A stretch of DNA of 58,687 nt, counting the filler, from Nemertoderma westbladi (Eukaryota > Animalia > Xenacoelomorpha): the NCBI GenBank assembly GCA_032718475.1. It is 3 parts of 3 records of this genome, joined end to end, with 100 filler letters (N's around TTAATTAATTAA, not from the genome) between each part and the next. Parts side by side here need not be neighbours in the genome. Positions count along the whole stretch, not along the records: positions 1 to 18,933 come from JAUCBJ010004991.1; 2 more parts are not named here. One strand, written 5' to 3'. A program made the translations under genes and the position numbers. Below the pieces are notes generated by a model. That model saw nothing but the letters and a program-made list of their open reading frames with translations, ran no database searches and was not told the DNA's origin. Shown piece by piece: positions 1-11,247 of the stretch (positions are counted from its first letter, which is position 1; each line of letters starts with the position of its first letter).

Positions 1-28
1 ACAGGTAAATATAACTGCCGAACAAGTT

Positions 29-1597
29 ATGGCGTCGCCACAACTGCCCCCCGTAACAGAAAGTCGGCTAAGTTTGGCAGATATTTCTCCACAACACGAA
101 TTTGAAGCTACTAAGGAATCAGGGCATGCGACCATGTCCGGGGAGTTTGTTTTGAAGCGTCCGGAAGAGAACAAAACAGTAGAGAACGCGATTAATACGA
201 ATAGTTCGCCGCCCAATATAGGCGACATACAACCAACGGAATCCCCAGTGACCGGAGAGGATAGCAACTCCTCTCTTCCTCCAGGTTCTAGTTATGCTCC
301 CCCGGTGGCCCCTGGCTCAGATCCCACCTCAGTGAATAGTGCGGTACCAGTAGGTTATGTCCAGCCCACGGCCGTGGTTGATAGTCCCAAGTCGAACCTG
401 CCAATAGACTCGCCTCAAACCTTGTCGTTACCGGTTACTTCTATGACTCCAGGTTCAGTATCCATGCCTCATCGTTCTGTATCCATGGCCCCAGGTTATG
501 TATCAATGCCACCTGGTTCAGTAAACATGTCTCAGGGTTCTGTATCCATACATCCTGGTTCAGTATCAATGCCCCCTGGCTCAGTATCAATGCCCCCTGG
601 TCCAGTATCAATGCCCCCTGGCTCAGTATCAATGCCCCCTGGCTCAGGATCAATGCCCCCTGGTTCAGTACCAATGCCCCCTGGCTCAGTATCAATGCCC
701 CCTGGCTCAGTATCAATTCCCCCTGGCTCAGTATCAATGCTCCCTGGCTCAATATCAATGCCACCTGGCTCAGTATCATTGCCCCCTGGCTCAGTATCAA
801 TGCCCCCTGGCTCAGTATCAATGCCCCCTGGCTCAGTATCAATGCTTCATGGCCCAGTATCAATGCCCCCTGGTTCAGTTTCAATGCCCCCTGGTTCAGT
901 ATCAATACCCCCTGGCTCAGTATCAATGCCCCCTGGTTCAGTATCAATGCCCCCTGGCTCAGTATCAATGCCCCCTGGTTCAGTATCAATACTCCCTGGC
1001 TCAGTATCAATGTCCCCTGGTTCAGCATCAATACCCCCTGGCTCAGGATCAATGCCCCCTGGATCAGTATCAATGCCCCCTAGCTCAGTATCCATGCCTC
1101 CAGGTTCAGTATCAATTCCTCCTAGTTCAGGTTCCGTACCCATGCCTCCTGGATATGTATCTTCCCAGGGTTCTGCACCAACGACGCCAGCCCACTGCCA
1201 ATCATCCACACCGCCAGCTCTTCCACGCCAACAAGGCGAGCCTAATTCCCACACACAGCACTACGGGGGCCCCCCCAACGCGGGTGCCCCCCAGTTCCAC
1301 CACTACACCGGTAACGAGCCCCCGTACGCAGCGCCCCACAGCGGCGGTTACCCGCAGTACCAGGAAGGTCCCTCCTACCCCAGACAGTCCGGTCCCCCCC
1401 AACCGGGTGCCTACCACCACTACCCCACGCCTCCCCCCGGCCAACCTTTCGCGGGACCCCAATATGGGCCACCTGCGCCCCCTAACGCTTCAGCCGGGGG
1501 GTTTAACGGTCCGCCCAGGATGTACCGTGGTATCCAGGGTTATCCGCCGTCAACCAATCAGCAACCCCCATTTCCTCCAGGGTCTGGGCAGTACTAA
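29..1597 (+). CDS. Pro/Ser/Gly-rich low-complexity protein, possibly the 3' exon of a larger gene; about 33 PPGSVSM-type heptads followed by a P/G/Y/Q-rich tail
   Basis: 522-aa ORF with unique sequence on both sides of the repeat. The frame is also open from the window edge to the ATG, and CAG at 2-4 could be a splice acceptor. AT-rich UTR-like sequence follows the stop. No recognisable folded domain. Confidence 0.6.
   Translation: MASPQLPPVTESRLSLADISPQHEFEATKESGHATMSGEFVLKRPEENKTVENAINTNSSPPNIGDIQPTESPVTGEDSNSSLPPGSSYAPPVAPGSDPTSVNSAVPVGYVQPTAVVDSPKSNLPIDSPQTLSLPVTSMTPGSVSMPHRSVSMAPGYVSMPPGSVNMSQGSVSIHPGSVSMPPGSVSMPPGPVSMPPGSVSMPPGSGSMPPGSVPMPPGSVSMPPGSVSIPPGSVSMLPGSISMPPGSVSLPPGSVSMPPGSVSMPPGSVSMLHGPVSMPPGSVSMPPGSVSIPPGSVSMPPGSVSMPPGSVSMPPGSVSILPGSVSMSPGSASIPPGSGSMPPGSVSMPPSSVSMPPGSVSIPPSSGSVPMPPGYVSSQGSAPTTPAHCQSSTPPALPRQQGEPNSHTQHYGGPPNAGAPQFHHYTGNEPPYAAPHSGGYPQYQEGPSYPRQSGPPQPGAYHHYPTPPPGQPFAGPQYGPPAPPNASAGGFNGPPRMYRGIQGYPPSTNQQPPFPPGSGQY
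445..1160 (+). repeat. 21-bp coding minisatellite (consensus CCTGGCTCAGTATCAATGCCC)
   Basis: Directly visible tandem 21-bp units, homogeneous in the centre and degenerate at both edges. Confidence 0.95.
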
Positions 1598-3192
1598 TGC
1601 GAGGTTTACTGTTACTGTTAATTAGTGGAACTTTTTGTATAATATTAAAAAAAATCCGTCCGTGTATTAAAGTTGTCTCAACACGAGGCTTCGTTAATAT
1701 CATTCGAAACAACAACTATTATTAGTAAATCTTTATTTGTCCTCTACAAACAATCATCTAGCACTTGCAGCGATTATGCAACATGGGAGTAAGTAAAGAT
1801 ATTACTTTATTTAAACGTCAAATAATTTTTATACATAATAATACCTAATAAATGTATATTTGGAGATTTGGACTAAATCTTAGTTTTTTTAGTTAGTTTT
1901 AATTTTTCTAAGAAAATACTGTGTATGGTGAGAATAGGCCAATTTACTTTTTTATTATTTCGTTCTGAAAGGTAGTTTATTATAAATGTAAATATCTACG
2001 TTTAATAAAATTCACCATAACCAGTATGTCAAATTATTGATTTGCCAAAATCGTACTTACTCCCATTTGCATTTGACCGCTTATTAATTACTTTTACTGT
2101 AATTATGTAGCTTACGGGTAATATTGTATCATGTACAGCGTACCATATTATATTTGTTGTTAGTCTGCATGTTCTGTTGTGTATATTATATTATTCCATG
2201 TATATCATGTTAGCTGTACTTCTACCCATTTTGATTTTTTATATTAGGAAGTGGGGCTGTTCCGGAATTCCGTTTGGCCGGAATGCCGGCGGATTCCTGG
2301 GAATTCCTGTTCCGGAGTTTCTGAGTTTTACAATTTCTGACCGCAAATTTGCCGGAACTTTTGATTTAGCCTTTTCGCTTGATCTCCAGCGCACATTGGC
2401 CACAAGTAAAATAAAGTTTAGGTTATTGTTTTGGTTAGGTTTAGTTAGTTTTGTTGGTACCTCCACCGTAACCTAACCTTTCCCCTTTATGGTTTATTTA
2501 AATTAAATTAATTTTTAAAACCCACTAAAAGCATGGTGTTAAAGGCCTACCTTTTTTAGTTTTAAGCATAAATGCTTACGCATTTAACCACTCAACTCTA
2601 AGTTTATGTTATTATTGTCGATCCACCACATTGTTTGAAGGCGAGTAAAGACCACGGTGGTGAGGGTAGTGTTGCCAAAAGTACCAAAGAGCAAACTTTT
2701 AAAACTCTATTTCCTCTATTAAATGTTCAAACTTTTCCAAAAAGCGAACTCTTGGTACTTCCTGGCAATCTGAAACTTTTGTCAAAACATTTTTAGATTA
2801 TTTCCAACAAGTTAGCGTTTTGTAACCTTTGCAGTCCGGTGTATAATGTGTATGAAAACAGCTTTATTGGAACTCTATTGCCAAAAGGAAATGGTTTGGT
2901 TCCACTTTAAATAAATGTTAATTTAATCACTATTGTTATTTATATAATTATCAAATATAATTAAAATGTTATTTAGAAAATGGGATATCATGATTGTGGC
3001 AATATCTATCTATATTTACTAAAATAGCACGGCTGAAAGACAATAATAAATCAAAGTCATGATGATGTAATGATTATAAGTGCGTATCTTGATCCTTAAA
3101 TATTCCCGCAAAAATATCAATCAATACATCCGATCCGTGTAAATAAAATCTGCACCAACTAACGTCAAGCTCGACCTGCGATGCTAAATACG

Positions 3193-4644
3193 TCATCGCC
3201 AAATAAATAACTTGGCTCCCAGTCGATTACATTCCCAAGGGTAGGATGGATTTATATTATTATCAAACGAGATTGGTTCACCTCTCAGTTTCCTGAAAAA
3301 GTCGTCCATGTCACTGTCGGGTTCGTGTTTCGCCATGTATTTTATAGTACCGCATACTAAAGTAATATAGGGCGAACCATGATCATTGTATACTGGTAAA
3401 CTCTCACCAGGTCTGCAACCCATCCCAACCGCTATATGATTAAACATAAAAGGGCCAGATATATCCAATTCCACGGCTTTTTTATCATCGCTCGAATCTT
3501 GGCAAGTTTCGATGAAGAAAATCCTCGGTTTGGGTGGATAACTTAACGGCTGACATTCAGTGGCAAACATTTCCACGATGTCTCGAATAGGTATTCCCTC
3601 GCCATCGGAACATATTATCGTTCCGTTACTCCCGTGACTCATAATGAAGCACACAAGACATTCCACATCATCAAGGTCATCGCCCTCAAGGAATTCCGCG
3701 ATGCGATTTATTAATCCAGGTGCACCACAATATCCGTTAATTAGTTCTTTAACCTCAAAACCAAGTTCGCCAAATACCTTCTTGATCCTCTTAACGTCGT
3801 ATACAGAACCTTCTTTTCTTGATTGAAGTCGTTCCTGAAATTCTGTGAGATTAATAATAACGCACAACTTCTTTCCTTCCTTCGTTATCTTGTAGGTTTT
3901 GTTTATTAAAGTGGAAGACGCAACTATTGGAAGAGCGAAGGCACCAAGCGAACTCTCCTCTGTGTCCTCTTCGTTGGTGGTAGGTCTAACAACTTCAGGA
4001 ATTTGAGGTGCCGGTACATATGTCCCTCTACAATTACCATTATTCCTCGAAGAATCGCCATTATCGGGTACGTCCTTATGTTGGCCTACAAGGTTTCCCC
4101 TAGTAATATCTAGGAGACGGACCCCATACTCAATAGCTAGAAGGCCACTTTCGTCTTGCGTGGAAGTAATCATATTATGTTTTGTTGTGTTTGCGTTTTC
4201 GATGTAACCAAAACCCCCTGCAGCGATTCCTCTACTCTCAGCAGGAGCCCAACTGGTTTTAAGTTCAATGGCCTTTAAGGTAGTCTCATTATTTAGACTG
4301 TTAAGAGCTCGAGAAGGATTCGCTAACAATTCATCGAGACCTCTGCATAAAATGCGCCTCAATGCCTCATCGCCAGTATTGTTTCCGGCTATAATATCAC
4401 AAAATCTTAAGAAGTCAACATCAGGACAGGAATGCTGCAGTTTCTGGAGGAGATTAAAAAGAACTTCGTCGCGTTTCTTAATCAGGTATTCGGAACCCAC
4501 TGGTCCAATTATGTCTTCGATTTGGGAGGCAGTTAAGACACCGCGAGTTTTTAACACCCTAATAACCCGTTTGTAATCAAAACCTTCATCGCGTAATAAG
4601 ATTTCATAGCAATTGTCCAGCAACTGCTTTAATCCTTTCCTCAT
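3193..4644 (-). CDS. Caspase-family (peptidase C14A-like) protein with N-terminal CARD-like death fold, paralogue A
   Basis: 483-aa intronless ORF with LCVIIN..F, R.EGS..D, FIMSHG (His337), KPRIFFIETCQD (Cys381) and small-subunit GSPYITLVC. The N-terminal ~100 aa show a CARD-like pattern (VIRVLKTRGVLTASQIEDI). Confidence 0.88.
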   Translation of the reverse strand: MRKGLKQLLDNCYEILLRDEGFDYKRVIRVLKTRGVLTASQIEDIIGPVGSEYLIKKRDEVLFNLLQKLQHSCPDVDFLRFCDIIAGNNTGDEALRRILCRGLDELLANPSRALNSLNNETTLKAIELKTSWAPAESRGIAAGGFGYIENANTTKHNMITSTQDESGLLAIEYGVRLLDITRGNLVGQHKDVPDNGDSSRNNGNCRGTYVPAPQIPEVVRPTTNEEDTEESSLGAFALPIVASSTLINKTYKITKEGKKLCVIINLTEFQERLQSRKEGSVYDVKRIKKVFGELGFEVKELINGYCGAPGLINRIAEFLEGDDLDDVECLVCFIMSHGSNGTIICSDGEGIPIRDIVEMFATECQPLSYPPKPRIFFIETCQDSSDDKKAVELDISGPFMFNHIAVGMGCRPGESLPVYNDHGSPYITLVCGTIKYMAKHEPDSDMDDFFRKLRGEPISFDNNINPSYPWECNRLGAKLFIWR

Positions 4645-6382
4645 TACTGTATTATAAATTAATTGCTATACAACGCATAATTGTTAGGCCTATTCAGATT
4701 GATAGTGGTGTAGTGCTGTAATGGCACTAATTACCAAATTACTGTAGTCTAAGTACACCCACCAAGTAATGTCCAGTTCAGCAGTTATAGATTATGCATA
4801 AAGCACAATGTATCTGCCAGTGCTGCAGTGTCAAATGCTAGAAGTTCCTCCTACAGTCCTATGGTGTAGAACTCCCTCTGGGTAAAGTAAACATATATCC
4901 ACAAGTACAGTTACTTATTTTCTGAGTATCCAATAATATTGTGTCTTCATGAATACTTGGCTGTTCGGTTTGATTGGTTGTTATGAAAGTACTTGTGCCA
5001 ATGCGCTCTCATTACATTATCACAGGTACAATAATCTGAAAATAAGGCCTACAGTATACAGTTTTGTACTTTTTTTTTATGTTTGGTGGTTCTGACTTCT
5101 GACAGTTATATTATATTACTGTATTACTGTATTTTGAATATACACCTCCGATTGTTATGTAAAAACAATAACAAATACACCAAACAATGTATAGATATTG
5201 TCCAACATAACATAGGATTAACCCTAAAATTTTGCAGCTTATCTACAGTAGCTTGAAACTAACATCACTCACTACATTACTGCATACATAATTACTACTG
5301 TACGTACATCTTTACCGAGAGCGTGACAATGCCCGATTCGGCGATAAAGATGTAAATACAGTATATGTATATACTCGCACATTACATATATTTTATAAGA
5401 CGACAGTCTAACTGTGCACAGTTAATTATTAATAAACTAATATACAGTAATTTACTGAAGTACAGTATTAATGTATCATTTCTACACTGCACACGGATGT
5501 GAGATTTAACTGCAGATTTAAAAGAATTTGATTATCTAAATTGTTAATACGATTAAAAAAAGCTTATGTTTAAAAATATGTACAGTAGGTTCCAATTCGG
5601 GAGGTTAACGTTTAAAGCACTACTGTTAGTAGCTACGGCATACTGTAGCTCTGTCACTGTGTATCACGCACTCTGTTGAATTTTTGTGAATGAGATAAAT
5701 AGTGCACTTATCGTTATTCATTATACACTTTATGCGCATGGTTAAGGTGAGCTTAAAAAAAATTAACTATGAACTACATACAGTTATCTACGTATATTTA
5801 GGTAGTCCAGATTCAGAAATATCATTGGGGGAGCACGATGGGGCATAATTTACTATAAAGGAAAAATACCCCGAAGGGCCAAATCACCTATTAAACACTA
5901 AGTTTGAATTTATGGTTTCCTTTATGCCGAAACCGCCTACAATTGCATTTTTCGTACCACCAGACAGGCACTAAAAACGATAGTTGCGTTACCACTAAAT
6001 CATTTTAACGAGTAGTTGTATCATAATCAGCGACCTTGAAAAACAGTATTGCTTGAGAATTACCCAAACAAAGGCACAATTTAACAGTTTGAAATTTTTG
6101 CTACTTCTACTTTTCATCCTGGGGCATCAGAATGGCACCAAAAATGACATTTGACATTTTACTTACAAAAAAACCTTCGGAATTGTCAAACTAAACACAA
6201 CATTTTTTGTGTTTTACCAATTACGAATTACGTATTAAAAATAGCCGTGCCAAATAGGGTTTATATCTGAAATAGTGATGAGATAGTAGAAATGCAAAAA
6301 TACCTAGAACTTCAGGTTAAACAACAAATTTATACATGCCAAAACAGATTAGGCCTATATCTGAGATAGACGGTTTTGTACA

Positions 6383-6550
6383 GTGGCTGGATCTTTGACA
6401 ATTAATTAATTTTTTTTTCAGAAGTTCTCCATGACGTCATAATTTATGGTCGACCAAAAATTAATTTATGGTCGACCATAAATTCTGACGTTATGGAGAA
6501 CTTCTGATAAAAAATATAAAAAAATTAATTAATTGGCAAAGATCAGCCAC
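6383..6550. repeat. ~170-bp imperfect palindrome (hairpin or MITE-like) between the caspase genes
   Basis: GTGGCTGGATCTTTGACAATTAATTAA...CAGAAGTTCTCCATGACGTCA pairs with TGACGTTATGGAGAACTTCTG...AATTAATTGGCAAAGATCAGCCAC; the centre has a duplicated TTTATGGTCGACCA. Confidence 0.8.
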
Positions 6551-7372
6551 CATAGTTTTGGCATCCAAATCAACAAATGTCTATGAAAAAATAGGCCTAC
6601 GCTCTATTTCACTGTGCACTATGTAGATAGGAGTTTCAGTTACAAATATGCTGTTCAAAGAATTATATGACTACAACAGTATAACAACTTACCTAATACA
6701 GTATGACATCATTTCACAGGATTTCCACCAATCAGGAATCAAATGACAGGCCTGGTATGTATTTTGCGTTTTCTCTGAAGTCAAATTGAGTAAAAATGAG
6801 TTAGACGGTTTTCGCATTTAAGGGCCGAACAGTTCTCGAGTCTCCCACTAGAGTAAGAATAAACAATGGTTGAAATAGTATAGCTACTGTATAGCAGTAT
6901 AGTATAATAGTAGGCCTACAGCGCAATTATAGTGGTACTCCTGATAAGCTTGCTCACCAGTCTGCCAGTTTAGACCTACTACTGCAGTACCGGTACTGTA
7001 CTTCGACCTGGCGAAAGGATCCAGGAATGTGTCAGACTGTAAAATCCGTGACTAAACTGTTTGATACAGTATTTCAGTATTTAGGACTGTAGGAAGGACT
7101 ACTTTAATACCATAAATCTGTAAATAGATTCTCCATAATTTTTGTTCCCCCAAAATGTGTATGTTTTATCAGTCAAACTGGTAACATAAACATCATGGCT
7201 GCATGGCCTTCGCTAGCGAAGTCTGGATTTACCGTGTGCCTGTCCTTGCTTCAGTTGTCCTTGGTCTGTTGGTATTTAGTAATAAAGTTGCATTAGTAAT
7301 AACTGAATAAAGTTGCACAATCTGACAATAACTGAATAATGATTATGCCTTGTAAAACAATTAATTTATAAA

Positions 7373-8845
7373 ATGAGGCCAAAATTAAACGAGTTGCTGG
7401 ACAAGTGCTTTGAAATCTTATTAAATGATGAAGGATTTGATTACAAACTGGTTGTTAAGCTGTTAAAAATAAGAGGAGTCTTCAGTAGTTCCCAAATCGA
7501 AGACATAATTGGACCACTAGGTTCCGAATACCTGATTAAGAAACGAGAAGATGTTCTTTTTAATCTCCTCCAGAAACTGCATTCCCGTCCTGATGTTGAC
7601 TTCTTAAGATTTTGTGATATTATAGCCGGAAACAATACTGGAGATGAGCCCTTGAGGCGCATATTATGCAGAGGTGTCGATGAATTGTTAGTGAATCCTA
7701 CTCGAGCTTTAAGAGATGAGACTACCTTAAAGGCCATTGAAACTCTTAAATCTAGTTTGGCTGCTGTTGAGTGTAGAGGAATAGCCGAAGGTTACGGTTA
7801 CATGGAAAACGCAAACACAACAAAACATTTAATTACTTCGACGCAAGACGACGAGGGTGTTGGATCTATTGAGTATGGGGTCCGTGTTGTAGATATTAGT
7901 AATGCCAACTCAGGCCAACCTAGAGATGTACCAGATGAAGGAGATAGGAATAGTCGTAGAGCGACTTCCATGCTTAAAACTGCAGAAGATAGTCGTCGGG
8001 TGTGGGCTGCTTCTGGCCCGGTTCCACAAACTCCAGAAGTTGCTAGACCTGCCACCAACGAAGAGAGGACAAATGCGAATTCGCTTGGCGCCTCCGCTCT
8101 TCCAAAAGTTTCGTCTTCCTCCCCAATAAACAAAACCTACAAGATAACGAAAGAAGGAAAGAAGTTGTGCGTTATTATTAATCTCACAGAATTTCAGGAA
8201 CGACTTCAATCAAGAAAAGAAGGTTCTTTTTACGACGTTAAGAGGATCAATAAGGTATTTGGTGAACTTGGTTATGAGGTTAAAGAAGTAATCAACGGTT
8301 ATTGTGGTGCCCGTGAATTAATACAACGCATCGCGGAATTCCGCATGGGGGATGACCTAGATGATGTGGAATGTCTTGTGTGCTTCATTATGAGTCACGG
8401 GAGTTACGGAAAGATAATATGTTCCGATGGCGAGGGAATACCTATTCGAGACATCGTGAAAATGTTTGCCACTGAATGTCAGGCCTTAAGTTATCCACCC
8501 AAACCGAGGATTTTCTTCATCGAAGCTTGCCAAGGCTCGAGTTGTGATCAGAACGCGGAAGATTTAGATATATCCGGGCCTTTATTTAATCATATAGCGG
8601 TTGGGATGGGTTGTAGACCTGGTGAGAGTTTACCAGTATACAAAGATCAGGGTTCTCCCTATATTACTTTAGTATGCGGTACTGTAAAATACATGGCGAA
8701 ACACGAACCCGAGAGCGACATAGACGACTTTTTCAGGAAGCTGAGTCGTGAACCGATCTTGTATGAGGATAAAAAGAAGCGGATGTTCACGTCCTATCCT
8801 TGGGAATGTAATCGACTGCGAGACAAGTTATTTATTTGGCGCTGA
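7373..8845 (+). CDS. Caspase-family protein with N-terminal CARD-like death fold, paralogue B
   Basis: 490-aa intronless ORF, a clear paralogue of 3193..4644, with FIMSHG (His342), KPRIFFIEACQG (Cys386) and the same C-terminal KLFIWR. Confidence 0.9.
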   Translation: MRPKLNELLDKCFEILLNDEGFDYKLVVKLLKIRGVFSSSQIEDIIGPLGSEYLIKKREDVLFNLLQKLHSRPDVDFLRFCDIIAGNNTGDEPLRRILCRGVDELLVNPTRALRDETTLKAIETLKSSLAAVECRGIAEGYGYMENANTTKHLITSTQDDEGVGSIEYGVRVVDISNANSGQPRDVPDEGDRNSRRATSMLKTAEDSRRVWAASGPVPQTPEVARPATNEERTNANSLGASALPKVSSSSPINKTYKITKEGKKLCVIINLTEFQERLQSRKEGSFYDVKRINKVFGELGYEVKEVINGYCGARELIQRIAEFRMGDDLDDVECLVCFIMSHGSYGKIICSDGEGIPIRDIVKMFATECQALSYPPKPRIFFIEACQGSSCDQNAEDLDISGPLFNHIAVGMGCRPGESLPVYKDQGSPYITLVCGTVKYMAKHEPESDIDDFFRKLSREPILYEDKKKRMFTSYPWECNRLRDKLFIWR

Positions 8846-9895
8846 CGTACTTAGCATCGCAGGTCGAGCTTGACGTTAGTTGGTGCAGAACCTATTTACA
8901 CGGATGTATCATCGATATCTTTGCGGGGATATTTAACGCACTCGTAACCATTACATCATCATGTCTTTGATTTAATTATTATTGTCTTTCAGTCGTGCTA
9001 TTAATTATAGTTAGCTGTAGTGATGGTTCATTTTTTAAATAACCTTTTAATTAAATTTGATAATTATATAACTAACAATTATGATTAAATTTACATCTCA
9101 TTAAAGCTGAACCAAGCTAAATACGACTAAATACGTAAATAAAACTAAATACGTGTTCGTTTAAGTTCATCCATCCTTAGTAGGAATTAGTTAACTCCTC
9201 ATTGTGTCACGTCACACAATGGACCAAATAAAGTAAACTTCTTAATAGAACAAGTTTATATGAAAGACTTTTTTTATTACAATATTATTAATTAATTAAT
9301 AATTAATTATAATCTTGAATAAAACAATTACAGGTAATTAATGAATATATGTGTTAGCCTAAATTTTGTAAGACGAATTTCGTGCTAAAGGTGTCAACAA
9401 ACCATTGTACAGTAGTTAGTTGGGATGTCTTGGCCGTACCGGGTGATAATGGTTTGGCTTCGTATTAACGGTCTATCCGTTATCAACTCAGAATACACAA
9501 TATTTTAACGAGCAATAATGTACATTCTGGGTAGTAGGATATGGGACCAAGGACTTGGCAATATTTGCCACGGCGTTTATAGGTCAAAGAATATTAAAAA
9601 AACGTTTTATATCCGATTTTTACTTCTCAACTATGGACTTAATTTTCGGTTAAATTTCGGAAATATATTATTATTCAAGCGTGTCAAGTAAAAAATTTTA
9701 CGTTGCCAGTAGGTAGGAAATGAACAAAAATTATGTAATAAAAATTAAACAATCAAACAACACTGACAAACAATAATATTTAAGGGAACAATAAACTATG
9801 TTGTTATCAATTGAGAAAAAGTAGTAGAATAATAAAATGAAAACTAGACCTTATTTCACTCTGACACAGCCTTTCAGCTCTTTCGATCCTTTTAA

Positions 9896-11247
9896 GGGGA
9901 GATGGTACCCCAGAACTTTTCATAAAATGAAAAATTTTCGAAATTTTTTTTTATTAATTCTAAATCAGAATTTAACGTAGTTTTCAGAAATCGAAATCCT
10001 AACATCATATCATAAACTTAAGTTGTGTTTTTCTGTTTGTCTGTCTATTGGTCTGTTTTTCTGTTTGTCGACAAATAATGGATTTACACCACCTACTAAA
10101 ATTATTGCTACATGGGTTTTCGTGGTCGTGGATTTCATTTCCGGGGTCAGTTTTCAAATTTGACGTAATCTAGTCTGTCTGTCTGTTTGTCCGCCTGTCG
10201 GTCTGTCTGTCAAAATCATATCGAATCGCACTACGTAACTAAAATTTTCACTGTGGTGGTTTATAAGGTCGGTGATTTCATTAGTGGTGTTATCTTTCTT
10301 GTTTGGTCAGTATTATGCCTGTATATTTGTCTGTCAGTCGATCTGTCTGTCAAGAAAGACATACGTGGTAGACAGACTTAAACAGGCAGTCTATGTTCAT
10401 TCAATTATTAAAACTGACTTGGGAAATGAAATCAGCGACTAGGAAAACCCCCATATCTGAAGTTTTGTTCAGGTGATATGCCTCCTTATATTTTGACTGA
10501 CAGAAAGACAGACATTCATGATTCAGTCAAATATTAAAATTGACATCGGAAATGGAATCAGCGACTAGGAAAACCCCCATATCATAAATTATAGTAAAGT
10601 GGTGTGCTTACTTATTTATTGTCTGTGAGATTGACAGTCAGACAGACAGACAGAGAGAATGACAGACAAACACTAAATATACAGTCCAGATGTCATCAAA
10701 CATTAAAACAGATATCAGAAATGAACTCAGCGACTACGAAAATCCCTAAATCGTAAATTTTGGTTCGCTGGAGTAGTTTATTATATTTTGGCTTATTTTT
10801 GAAATTTCCCGCGATTTACATAAAATTAGCGGGAAGGTTTGAAAACTTACAATGCGTTTTTCTCGGCATCTTCTTTTTCGTGAAATTTAGAGATACATGT
10901 ACCTTTTTCTCGAGAACGGCTTGATGGAATTGGCTGAAATTTTCGCAGCAGGTTTGTTGTTCTGAGACACAATAGTGGAACCTCTAAAAACATGTTTAAA
11001 CAATTATCAATTGTATTTCTAATATAAACTTCGAAAATGTGACATTTTTGGTTTTTGGTGCAATTAAGTGACCCTCAAACATGGACACAAAAAAATTTCA
11101 AATTTTTTTTAAGGTTCCAGGTGTGTCTCGATAGTTACTCCGCCCTTCTGGAAATTTTCATGAAATTCCATCTTGTAGAACCAGCGTAATGGGTACATAT
11201 GTGTTAATAGTAAAATGTATGGGGATAGCCTGGGGTACCATCTCCTC
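9896..11247. mobile_element. Non-autonomous Kolobok-like DNA transposon
   Basis: TTAA on both sides (9892-9895, 11248-11251). 18-bp TIRs GGGGAGATGGTACCCCAG / CTGGGGTACCATCTCCTC with 1 mismatch and RR..YY termini. Internal inverted CTGT/ACAG repeat blocks; no transposase ORF. Confidence 0.8.

Larger units (their letters stand above)
2896..9116. repeat. Inverted segmental duplication (arms ~2896-4700 and ~7330-9116) carrying the two caspase genes head to head
   Basis: Similarity extends into both flanks: TTAGCATCGCAGGTCGAGCTTGACGTTAGTTGGTGCAGA follows each stop, and the 3' flanks stay alignable for about 270-300 bp. Confidence 0.9.

Noticed and set aside
441-1625. Alternative-frame and antisense ORFs over the heptad repeat (LSQGALI, GGIDTEP, QYQCPL)
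   Set aside because: Shadows of the 21-bp repeat; only the 29..1597 frame extends far into unique sequence on both sides.
2245-2775. CCGGAATTCC and TTAGG motifs, plus a small inverted repeat near 2667-2772
   Set aside because: Probably MITE or Helitron-type relics, but the ends and TSDs cannot be defined; too short and irregular to be telomeric.
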